Assembly (NCBI GenBank): GCA_031269535.1 | Contig: JAISZA010000039.1 | Coordinates: 12,072 to 36,071, forward strand | DNA from: Tannerellaceae bacterium | Lineage (GTDB): Bacteria > Bacteroidota > Bacteroidia > Bacteroidales > Tannerellaceae | Length of the DNA stretch: 24,000 nt | Direction: 5' to 3' | Part shown: positions 8,156 through 16,501 of the stretch, in pieces | Numbering within the stretch: the stretch's first letter is position 1 | How the letters are laid out: each line of letters starts with the position of its first letter | Position numbers and translations under genes: made by a program | Notes under the pieces: model-generated | Seen by the model: only the letters and a program-made list of their open reading frames with translations | What the model was told of the DNA's origin: nothing | Databases searched by the model: none

Positions 8156-9718
8156 ATGATGAAATACTTTAATATAGCCGGACCATGTAACAGTTTGGAT
8201 CATTACATGATAGACGCCGCTACCCGCCTGCAGGGCGTGGAGGAGTTGATAGACAGGAAGCAATATTTTGTGATTCATGCCGCGCGGCAGAGTGGGAAAA
8301 CAACTTACCTGAAAGACCTGGCAAACAGACTTAATGCAGGCAGACGGTACTATGCGCTGTGGTGTTCGCTGGAAAGTGTGCAAAACGTTGCAGAACCGGA
8401 AACCGGCATACCGGAAATCGTACGGAATATCAAAGATAAACTTGATGATACGGATATTCCACATCGTTTGGATTTTGCCCAAAATGCGGATTATGAAAAT
8501 TTCACCGGCGTCTTGAAATCCTCGCTCAAACGATTTTGTAAATTGCTGGACAAACCGCTGGTGATTTTATTCGACGAAGTGGACTGTCTGAGCGAGGGTA
8601 CATTGATTACTTTTCTCCGGCAACTGCGCGACGGTTATAACAGCCGTCCCGAACAGGCTTTTGTTCACTCAATAGCCTTAGTCGGTATGCGCAATATACG
8701 TGATTACAAAGCAATGATTCGTCCCGAAACTCAGTCGGTGGGTAGCGCAAGCCCGTTCAATATCGTTACGGAGTCGTGAACATTAAAAAACTTCACCAAA
8801 GAAGATATTTCCGAACTGTACCGGCCGCATACCGGTGTAACCGGACAGGTGTTTGAAGAAGATGCTATTGAACTGGTCTGGGAACAGACGCAGGGACAAC
8901 CCTGGCTGGTGAACGCCATTGCCCGCGAAGTGATTGTGAAAATCCTGCAATCGGACTACGCAAAACCCGTTACGGCGGAATTGGTGAACGAAGCCATTCA
9001 AACCATTATTCTCAACCGCCCGACGCATATCGACAGCCTGCTCGAACGTCTGAAAGAAGACAAGGTGCGCAGAATCATAGAACCAATGATTCTGGGCGAA
9101 GAATTTATCCAAAGGGATTCGGACGATTTTCTATATACCCGTGATTTAGGTTTAATCCGCGTGGTTAATTCGTTGATCGAACCCGCCAATCCCATTTATG
9201 CCGAGGTGATTATTCGCAAATTATCTTCCGAAATGCAGGAAGCACTGATAAACCCGAAATATCCCTACCAGCTACCTCGCTACCTGAAAGACGGACGCAT
9301 TGACATGGACTTCCTGATGCGCGATTTCCAACAGTTCTGGCATGCAAACAGCGATGTATGGCTGAAAAGATGTGATGATTATCCGGAAGCGGCGCCTCAT
9401 CTGGTGATGATGGCTTTCCTGCAACGGGTAGTGAACGGCGGCGGGCAAATCATCCGCGATATGGCCTCCGGCTCCGGCCGCCTCGACCTCTGCCTGATAT
9501 ACGAGAACCGAAAGTATCCGATAGAACTGAAGATACGCTACGGCGACAAATATCTGAAAGAAGGTCTTGAACAGACCGCCCGTTACATGGCTTTGCACTG
9601 TTGTAGCGAAGGCTGGATGGTGGTTTTCGATCGCCGCACAACCGTCCAATGGGAGGATAAACTCTACATGAAGAAGGAAACGGTGAACGGAAAAACCGTT
9701 ACGGTGGTGGGAGTTTAA
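8156..9718 (+). pseudogene. AAA-ATPase-like / C-terminal PD-(D/E)XK nuclease-domain protein, interrupted by one in-frame TGA (8777-8779)
   Basis: ORFs 8036-8779 and 8849-9718 are in the same frame, and the reading continues sensibly across the stop (...NIVTES*TLKNFTKEDISELY...). The likely start is MMKYFNIAGPCNSLDHYM at 8156. Walker A is AARQSGKTT and Walker B is LVILFDEVD. The C-terminal GRLDL...YPIELK fits a D..ExK nuclease motif. The joined length of about 520 codons is normal for this architecture. Confidence 0.75.
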
Positions 9719-9831
9719 CGGAAAAGGACGTCGAAGAGAATAAGCGTGTCAATCGATTGTCAACCTGCACGCTTTTTTGTGCAGATATAAATTATGAATG
9801 TGAGATTAAAAACAATCAGATATTTTTGCGT

Positions 9832-12800
9832 ATGAAGAAATACATGATATTCTTTCTTTTGCTTTGCGCGGCTCCCACGATGCAGGCGCAGGATGCTGTT
9901 GGCCTTATCCGGATGGTCAACGACCGTTGGCAAGCTTCGCACCCCGAACCGGGAAGCGCTTTCTGGCATACAGCCGCCTATCATACCGGCAATATGGCTG
10001 CTTACGAAGTAACCCGGGACGAGCGTTACCGCGCTTACTCCGAACGATGGGCGGAACACAACCAATGGAAAGGCGCCTCATCGGAGGATAAATCCCAATG
10101 GAAATACAACTACGGCGAAACCGATGAACACGTACTCTTCGGCGACTGGCAAACCTGTTTCCAGACCTACACCGACCTGTACAATCTGCAACCCGACGAG
10201 CGGAAGATTGCCCGTGCACGGGAAGTCATGGAATACCAGATGTCCACACCGAACAGCGATTACTGGTGGTGGGCGGATGGCTTGTACATGGTGATGCCGG
10301 TGATGACCAAACTGTATAAAGTCACCGGAAACGGCTTGTATCTGCAGAAATTACATGAATACTTTTCGTATGCAAAAGATTTGATGTACGACGCCGAAGC
10401 GGGATTGTTCTACCGGGATGCAAAATATATCTATCCCGGGCATAAAACCAGGCAGGGTTTAAAGGATTTCTGGGCACGCGGCAACGGCTGGGTCCTGGCA
10501 GCCCTGGCGAAAGTACTGGACGACTTACCCCCAACCGACGCGCACAGAGCGGAATACATCCAGGTCTTCCAGGCGATGGCAAAAGCATTGAAAGACGCCC
10601 AGCAACCGGAAGGGCATTGGACGCGCAGCGTACTGGACGCAGCGCATGCCCCGGGCTACGAAACCAGCGGTACGGCCTTTTTTACATTCGGCTTTCTGTG
10701 GGGAATCAATCACGGTTTGCTGCAAAGAAGCGAATATGAAAGTGTTACGGAAAATGCCTGGACGTATTTGGTAAAAACCGCCCTGCAGCCGGACGGTACA
10801 ATAGGTTACGTGCAACCCATCGGCGAACGCGCCGACCAGCACACAGTAAACGCCGCAACCAGCGCCGATTTCGGGGTAGGAGCGTTTTTGCTTGCCGCTT
10901 CCGAAAGGCTCCGCTTTACGGAAAAAATTGCGTATGCCAACGAACCCGATTCGACATACATTTTTGCTTATGCCAACGAAAAGAAAGCCGGACGCGACGG
11001 CCTGCATTTCGCCTGGAGCACCGATGGCGGGAACTGGCGCCCCATCGGCGAAGAATACGCTTTCGTCAAATGCGATTACGGAAGCTGGGGAAGCGAGAAA
11101 CGAATGTTGAATCCCTACCTTTACCACGCTTCCGACGGACTGTGGCATTGCGTCTGGCTGCTGAACGAAAAAGGCGATTTCGCCCACGTCACTTCCGCCG
11201 ATTTACTGTATTGGGGACGGCAAACGTATTACTCCGCAACGGAATCGAAGCGGCAAACCTTTACCGGAGAGAATCCGCAATACCAAACTGTCTGCATTGA
11301 CGGAGAACAATATACCGGAACCGTCCGTAAAGTGCCCCGCAACGTATCGGCCGCCCTGATCAATGCGCAGCAATTGGCCGCTTACAGGCAAAAACGCTAT
11401 GCGGAAAACACGAAAGACGATGCCGTCCGTTTCGCCGGACTGCAGCCGATCGAGGTTTCGATAACCCCCAACCCGTCTGCCGGAAAAGAAATAAGCGACC
11501 TGCTCATCGGGATATTTTTTGAAGACATCAACTATGCCGCCGACGGAGGATTGTATGCCGAACTCATTCAGAACCGCGATTTTGAGTATTCGTCCGCCGA
11601 CCACAGGGAATGGAATGCCGGCACTGCCTGGAAAACCGAAAACGGTGGATTGAAAATTGAAAACAAAAATCCTCTGCACCCGAACAATCAATATTACGCC
11701 GTGCTGCAAAACGGACAAACCATTATAAATGAAGGCTACGATGGAATTGCCATCAAGGCAGGCGAAGCATACGACTTTTCGCTGTTTGCCCAATCCGAAA
11801 GTCCGGGGAAGAGTATGGTAACACTGATCGACGGCAATGGAAATACAGTCAGCAATGCGCTTTCCATAAAGATAAACTCAAAGAATTGGAAACAGTACAA
11901 AGCGGTTTTAACAGCAAATAAAACCATTCCAAACGCAAGATTATCCATTCTCAATCAGCAAAGTCCGAACGCACCCCAATTCTTGATTGATATCGTTTCC
12001 CTTTTCCCGCAAAACACCTTCAAAGGACGTAAGAACGGCTTGCGGGCCGATCTGGCGCAGGCGATAGCCGACATTCACCCGCGCTTTGTCCGTTTCCCCG
12101 GCGGCTGCGTAGCGCATGGCGACGGTCTGGAAAATATGTATCGCTGGAAAAATACTGTCGGCCCGCCCGAGACCCGCAAACCGCAACGCAATCTCTGGGG
12201 CTATCACCAGACCGCCGGACTGGGCTATTACGAGTATTTCCTGTTTTGCGAAGACATGGGCGCCGAGCCGTTGCCGGTTGTCCCGGCGGGCGTTCCCTGT
12301 CAGAATTCGGCGCACCACGGACATCCGCTCGGAGGTCAGCAGGGCGGTATCCCGATGGACGAAATGGACGAATACATTCAGGAAATCCTCGACCTGATCG
12401 AATGGGCAAACGGCGACGCGAAAACCCGCTGGGGAAAAGTCCGCGCCGAAGCCGGCCATCCCGCGCCTTTCAACCTGAAATACCTCGGCGTCGGTAACGA
12501 AGACCTGATCAGCGATGTTTTTGAGGAGCGTTTTACGATGATATACAATGCCGTGAAAGCCAGACATCCCGAAATAACAGTTATCGGAACCGTCGGACCT
12601 TTCTCCGAAGGGACAGATTACAAAGAAGGTTGGCAAATCGCTACGAATCTCGGTGTCCCGATGGTTGATGAACATTACTACCAACCTCCCGGCTGGTTTA
12701 TTCACAACCAGGAGTATTACGATTGTTACGACCGCTCGAAGTCGAAAGTTTATCTCGGAGAATATGCTGCCCATCTGCCCGGACGTCCCAGCAACATCGA

Positions 12801-13317
12801 GACGGCGCTTGCCGAAGCCCTGCACATCATCAACCTGGAACGCAACGGCGACGTGGTGCGCATGACTTCCTACGCCCCGCTGCTGGCAAAGGAAGGCCGT
12901 ACGCAATGGAATCCCAACCTGATCTACTTCAACAATACAGAAGTAAAGCCGACGGTGGGCTATTACGTACAGCAGTTGTGCGGACGTAATTCGGGCGATG
13001 AGTATCTTCCCGCCTCAACCGACATTTCTGTCAGGAGAGACGACGTACGGAAACGCATTGCCTGTTCGCTGGTTCGCGATACGAAAAGCGGGGATTTAAT
13101 CATCAAGTTGGTCAATCTGTTGCCGGTGGAAGTGCAGTCCGATATCGACCTGAGTGGTTTTACACTGTCGGGCTCCGAAGCCGTAAAGACCGTGCTGCAA
13201 GGCAATCCCGATGATAAAAACGCTCGTCCGGCGGTTTCGGCCATTGCATTTTCAAAAGAGTTAAAAACCGGGTTGCCGGCTTATTCGTTTACTATTATCC
13301 GAATAAAAAACAGGTGA
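9832..13317 (+). CDS. Multidomain secreted enzyme: N-terminal GH105/GH88-type unsaturated uronyl hydrolase fused to a C-terminal GH51 alpha-L-arabinofuranosidase
   Basis: ATG at 9832 gives the signal peptide MKKYMIFFLLLCAAPTMQAQ. The N-terminal part has DYWWWADGLYMVMPVMTKLY and WARGNGWVLAALAKVLDDLP ((alpha/alpha)6 GH105/88 type) and ends near nt 10920. A linker module of roughly 120 aa follows (LHFAWSTDGGNWRPIG...LYWGRQ). The GH51 part starts with IFFEDINYAADGGLYAELIQNRDFEY, followed by FVRFPGGC, GVGNEDL (candidate acid/base Glu codon 12499-12501) and LGEYAAH (candidate nucleophile Glu codon 12760-12762). Confidence 0.85.
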   Translation: MKKYMIFFLLLCAAPTMQAQDAVGLIRMVNDRWQASHPEPGSAFWHTAAYHTGNMAAYEVTRDERYRAYSERWAEHNQWKGASSEDKSQWKYNYGETDEHVLFGDWQTCFQTYTDLYNLQPDERKIARAREVMEYQMSTPNSDYWWWADGLYMVMPVMTKLYKVTGNGLYLQKLHEYFSYAKDLMYDAEAGLFYRDAKYIYPGHKTRQGLKDFWARGNGWVLAALAKVLDDLPPTDAHRAEYIQVFQAMAKALKDAQQPEGHWTRSVLDAAHAPGYETSGTAFFTFGFLWGINHGLLQRSEYESVTENAWTYLVKTALQPDGTIGYVQPIGERADQHTVNAATSADFGVGAFLLAASERLRFTEKIAYANEPDSTYIFAYANEKKAGRDGLHFAWSTDGGNWRPIGEEYAFVKCDYGSWGSEKRMLNPYLYHASDGLWHCVWLLNEKGDFAHVTSADLLYWGRQTYYSATESKRQTFTGENPQYQTVCIDGEQYTGTVRKVPRNVSAALINAQQLAAYRQKRYAENTKDDAVRFAGLQPIEVSITPNPSAGKEISDLLIGIFFEDINYAADGGLYAELIQNRDFEYSSADHREWNAGTAWKTENGGLKIENKNPLHPNNQYYAVLQNGQTIINEGYDGIAIKAGEAYDFSLFAQSESPGKSMVTLIDGNGNTVSNALSIKINSKNWKQYKAVLTANKTIPNARLSILNQQSPNAPQFLIDIVSLFPQNTFKGRKNGLRADLAQAIADIHPRFVRFPGGCVAHGDGLENMYRWKNTVGPPETRKPQRNLWGYHQTAGLGYYEYFLFCEDMGAEPLPVVPAGVPCQNSAHHGHPLGGQQGGIPMDEMDEYIQEILDLIEWANGDAKTRWGKVRAEAGHPAPFNLKYLGVGNEDLISDVFEERFTMIYNAVKARHPEITVIGTVGPFSEGTDYKEGWQIATNLGVPMVDEHYYQPPGWFIHNQEYYDCYDRSKSKVYLGEYAAHLPGRPSNIETALAEALHIINLERNGDVVRMTSYAPLLAKEGRTQWNPNLIYFNNTEVKPTVGYYVQQLCGRNSGDEYLPASTDISVRRDDVRKRIACSLVRDTKSGDLIIKLVNLLPVEVQSDIDLSGFTLSGSEAVKTVLQGNPDDKNARPAVSAIAFSKELKTGLPAYSFTIIRIKNR

Positions 13318-13336
13318 AGTTATTGACTAATAATCG

Positions 13337-13344
13337 TATTTTTG
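13337..13344 (+). promoter_or_regulatory. Candidate Bacteroides -7 promoter element
   Basis: TATTTTTG matches TAnnTTTG exactly, 20 nt upstream of the ATG at 13364, within an AT-rich spacer after the GH105-GH51 stop. Confidence 0.35.
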
Positions 13345-13363
13345 CATTTTAATTGGGAATAAA

Positions 13364-13546
13364 ATGTTGACAAAAGAAGAACTAAAAGCAAAGATAGCCC
13401 AGGGAGAGGGCTTATATATGGAGGTTAAAACTGCTGTTACAAGTTTACCGCGCAATGTGTATGAAACAATTTGCGCCTTTCTCAACCGGAAAGGCGCAAA
13501 TCTTTTTCTTGGTGTGAAAGATAACGGCAAAATAGAAGGTATCTAA
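13364..13546 (+). pseudogene. 60-codon N-terminal remnant of an AlbA_2 (Schlafen-type, putative DNA-binding) domain protein
   Basis: GEGLYMEVKTAV...VYETICAFLNRKGANLFLGVKDNGKIEGI resembles the start of AlbA_2-domain proteins, which normally run to several hundred aa. Here the frame stops at TAA after 60 codons, 12 nt before the next gene. Confidence 0.55.
13470..13510 (+). terminator. Intrinsic-terminator-like hairpin inside the AlbA_2 remnant
   Basis: TTTGCGCCTTTC (13470-13481) and GAAAGGCGCAAA (13489-13500) form a perfect 12-bp inverted repeat around a 7-nt loop. The T-rich tail TCTTTTTCTT (13501-13510) follows directly. Confidence 0.5.
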
Positions 13547-13558
13547 ATTATAAATACA

Positions 13559-14128
13559 ATGAGATCTTTTCAGGAAGAATTGCACAGGATGAGAACAGGG
13601 TTAACTTACAATGCCCACACCCCTGAGATGTATGCTTATCGGGCCGAAGTAAAAAAGAAATTACACCGGCTAAACGTTACGGAATATTATACGGAAAAAA
13701 TGCCGGAGATAACCCGCTCATTATTTCCAAATTCGGCGCCTGACTTTTTTGTAGAGCCTCCTTTTTACTGCGATTACGGTGACGGGATTTATGCCGCCGA
13801 AGGAGTATTCGTCAATTTCGGCGCCGTCATTTTGGACGGAGCGAAGGTGACTATTGGCAGGAAAACGCTGATAGCGCCGGGCGTACATATCTATACCGCA
13901 CAGCATCCGCTCGAGGCGACGGAGAGAGAAATGCATGAAAACTGCCTTCCCGTAACGATAGGCGAACATTGCTGGATTGGCGGACATGCTACGATTTGTC
14001 CGGGAGTTACCATCGGAAATCGGTGCGTCATTGGCGCCGGTGCTGTCGTTACCCGCGACATCCCGGACGATTCTTTGGCAGTCGGGAATCCGGCAAAAGT
14101 GATACGTAAATTAAATTCTAAAAAGTAA
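13559..14128 (+). CDS. Maltose/galactoside O-acetyltransferase family (Maa/LacA-like, left-handed beta-helix hexapeptide repeats)
   Basis: The N-terminal Mac-type region (MRTGLTYNAHTPEMYAYRAEVKKKLHRLN) is followed by FYCDYGDGIYAAEGVFVNFGAVILDGAKVTIG, then HP (HPLEATER) and hexapeptide repeats (IGEHCWIGGHATICPGVTIGNRCVIGAGAVVTRDIPDDSLAVGNPAKVIRKL). There is no signal peptide. Confidence 0.88.
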   Translation: MRSFQEELHRMRTGLTYNAHTPEMYAYRAEVKKKLHRLNVTEYYTEKMPEITRSLFPNSAPDFFVEPPFYCDYGDGIYAAEGVFVNFGAVILDGAKVTIGRKTLIAPGVHIYTAQHPLEATEREMHENCLPVTIGEHCWIGGHATICPGVTIGNRCVIGAGAVVTRDIPDDSLAVGNPAKVIRKLNSKK

Positions 14129-14150
14129 AATAAAAAATATCATCCTATCA

Positions 14151-16499
14151 ATGAAACACATAATTTTAATTTCAACAATCCTTATTCTGTCCTTATTAAC
14201 ATTTGCTTCGGGTTCCTGCACCTCGCATAGGGAAACATTCGAAGCCGGAAACGGGACATTCTTGCTGAATGGCGAACCTTTTGTCATCAAAGCCGCCGAG
14301 ATACATTATCCCCGCATCCCGAAAGAATATTGGGAACATCGTATCAGAATGTGCAAGGCCTTAGGCATGAACACCATCTGCCTGTATGTGTTCTGGAATA
14401 AGCACGAGCCGGAAGAGGGTGAGTTCGACTTTACCGGCAATAACGACGTAGCTGCTTTCTGCCGCCTGGCGCAGAAACACGGGATGTATCTCATCCTGCG
14501 CCCGGGGCCTTACGTCTGCGCCGAATGGGAAATGGGCGGATTGCCCTGGTGGCTGCTCAAAAAGAAAGACATTGCCTTACGCACGCAAGACCCTTATTTC
14601 ATGGAGCGTGTACGTCTGTTTATGGCGGAAATAGGCAAACAACTCAGCGGTTTACAATTAGCCAACGGCGGGAATATCCTGATGGTACAGGTCGAAAACG
14701 AGTATGGCGCCTACGGAAGCGATAAACCTTACATCGCCGCAGTTCGCGATATTGTCAAAGCCTCGGGATTCGATAAAACACCCTTGTTTCAATGCGACTG
14801 GAGTTCCAATTTCGAGGAGAATGCGCTCGACGATTTGCTATGGACTATCAATTTCGGCGTAGGCGCTCCTGTTGACGAACAATTCAGGCGTCTGCAGGAA
14901 CTTCGTCCCGAAACACCTCTGATGTGCAGTGAATACTGGTCGGGATGGTTCGACCATTGGGGGGCCAAACACGAAACCCGTAGCGCCGACGAATTGGTGG
15001 CGGGAATGAAGCAGATGTTAGACAAACAGATTTCGTTCAGCCTGTACATGACGCACGGAGGGACAAGCTTCGGTCATTGGGCGGGCGCCAACTTCCCCGG
15101 CTATGTCCCCGACTGTACCTCGTACGACTACGATGCCCCCATCAGCGAATCGGGACGCACGACGCCGAAGTATTTCAAGGTGCGCGAACTGCTGCAAACA
15201 TATCTGCCCGAAGGAGAACGCTTGCCGGATATTCCCGATTCCATCCCGACGATACACATCCCGGCCATTACGTTTGACGAGATCGCGCCGCTGTCTGACA
15301 ATCTACCCGAACCGCTGACGAGCGAAAACATCCAGTCCATGGAGTTCTTCAATCAGGGATGGGGAAGCGTGCTTTACCGCACCGTATGGAAGCAGTCTGC
15401 CGGACAGCAGGTGCTCAAAGTAACCGAGGCGCACGACTGGGCGCAGGTCTTTATCGACGGCGAAAAGATTGGAACCCTCAGCCGCCTGAAAGGCGAAAGC
15501 GCTCTGCCCCTCCCGCCGGTGAACGAAGGCGCCGTGCTGGATATCCTGGTCGAAGCCATGGGACGGCGAAACTTCGGCGCAGGCGTGCTCGATTACAAAG
15601 GCATTACGGAAAAGGTGGAAATCATCGGCACACAGGATACCACCGAACTGAAAGACTGGAAACTGTATCGTTTCCCGGTGGATTATGCTTTCGCCCGGGA
15701 CAAAGCGTATCGTACGATCACCACCGGTGCACCGGCCTGCCCCGCCTATTACCGCACCGTCTTCCATCTGGATAAAACCGGCGACACGTTTCTGGATATG
15801 AGCAGCTGGAAGAAGGGCATGGTTTATGTCAATGGTCACAACATCGGCCGCTTCTGGGAAATCGGGCCTCAACAAACACTCTACCTGCCCGGCTGCTGGC
15901 TGAAAAAAGGCGAGAACGAAATCATCGTGCTGGATATGGCAGGGACGGAAAATCCCGTAATCAGCGGATTGCGCCAACCGATTCTGGACGTCCTGCGCGG
16001 AAACGGAGCCTATAAATTCCGCAAACAGGACGAAACGTTGGATTTGTCGGACGAAAAACCGGTCTGTTCAGGGCGCTTCAAACCGGGCAACGGCTGGCAG
16101 ACAATCCCTTTCGGCCAGACGCATGACAGCCGTTTTTTCTGCCTCGAAGCCTTGAACGCACACGGGAACGATGATTTTGCTTCCATAGCCGAAATCGAAC
16201 TCCTTGGCGCCGACGGAAAACCCCTCTCCCGCCAGCACTGGAAGATCGTTTACGCCGACAGCGAAGAAGCCGATGCCGCCAACCACATCGCATCCAACGT
16301 CTTCGACCTGCAGGAATCAACTATCTGGCATACGTCCTACTCCCTCAGCAAAGACCCATTCCCGCATCAGATCGTCATCGACCTGGGCGAAACCCAGGCA
16401 ATCAGCGGTTTCGGATACCTCCCCCGCCAGGAAGCCGACAAACCCGGCAGGATCAGAGATTTCAATATTTACCTCAAAACAACCCCTTTTAAATTATAA
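14151..16499 (+). CDS. GH35 beta-galactosidase with C-terminal F5/8 type C (discoidin/CBM32-like) domain
   Basis: Signal/lipobox-like MKHIILISTILILSLLTFASGSC. The GH35 core has FLLNGEPFVIKAAEIHYPRIP, NTICLYVFWNKHEP, GPYVCAEWEMGGLPWWL and MVQVENEYG. The C terminus (WKIVYADSEE...STIWHTSY...PHQIVIDLGETQAISGFGYLPRQ) is discoidin-like. Confidence 0.9.
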   Translation: MKHIILISTILILSLLTFASGSCTSHRETFEAGNGTFLLNGEPFVIKAAEIHYPRIPKEYWEHRIRMCKALGMNTICLYVFWNKHEPEEGEFDFTGNNDVAAFCRLAQKHGMYLILRPGPYVCAEWEMGGLPWWLLKKKDIALRTQDPYFMERVRLFMAEIGKQLSGLQLANGGNILMVQVENEYGAYGSDKPYIAAVRDIVKASGFDKTPLFQCDWSSNFEENALDDLLWTINFGVGAPVDEQFRRLQELRPETPLMCSEYWSGWFDHWGAKHETRSADELVAGMKQMLDKQISFSLYMTHGGTSFGHWAGANFPGYVPDCTSYDYDAPISESGRTTPKYFKVRELLQTYLPEGERLPDIPDSIPTIHIPAITFDEIAPLSDNLPEPLTSENIQSMEFFNQGWGSVLYRTVWKQSAGQQVLKVTEAHDWAQVFIDGEKIGTLSRLKGESALPLPPVNEGAVLDILVEAMGRRNFGAGVLDYKGITEKVEIIGTQDTTELKDWKLYRFPVDYAFARDKAYRTITTGAPACPAYYRTVFHLDKTGDTFLDMSSWKKGMVYVNGHNIGRFWEIGPQQTLYLPGCWLKKGENEIIVLDMAGTENPVISGLRQPILDVLRGNGAYKFRKQDETLDLSDEKPVCSGRFKPGNGWQTIPFGQTHDSRFFCLEALNAHGNDDFASIAEIELLGADGKPLSRQHWKIVYADSEEADAANHIASNVFDLQESTIWHTSYSLSKDPFPHQIVIDLGETQAISGFGYLPRQEADKPGRIRDFNIYLKTTPFKL

Positions 16500-16501
16500 G
16501 T

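Noticed and set aside
8777-8779. In-frame TGA as selenocysteine or a reassigned sense codon
   Set aside because: TGA clearly terminates susD (7974-7976), the GH43 gene (17540-17542) and the anSME gene (18879-18881). The sequence just downstream (ACATTAAAAAACTTCACCAAAGAAG) shows no SECIS-like hairpin, and the position is not a catalytic site.
9744-9778. Possible terminator after the ATPase-nuclease gene (GCGTG...CACGC followed by T6)
   Set aside because: The stem is only 5-7 bp with a loop of about 19 nt. The T-run can alternatively sit in the loop of a second small hairpin (CTGCAC/GTGCAG). This is too ambiguous to call. The CAATCGATTG palindrome at 9750-9759 is noted but has no assigned function.
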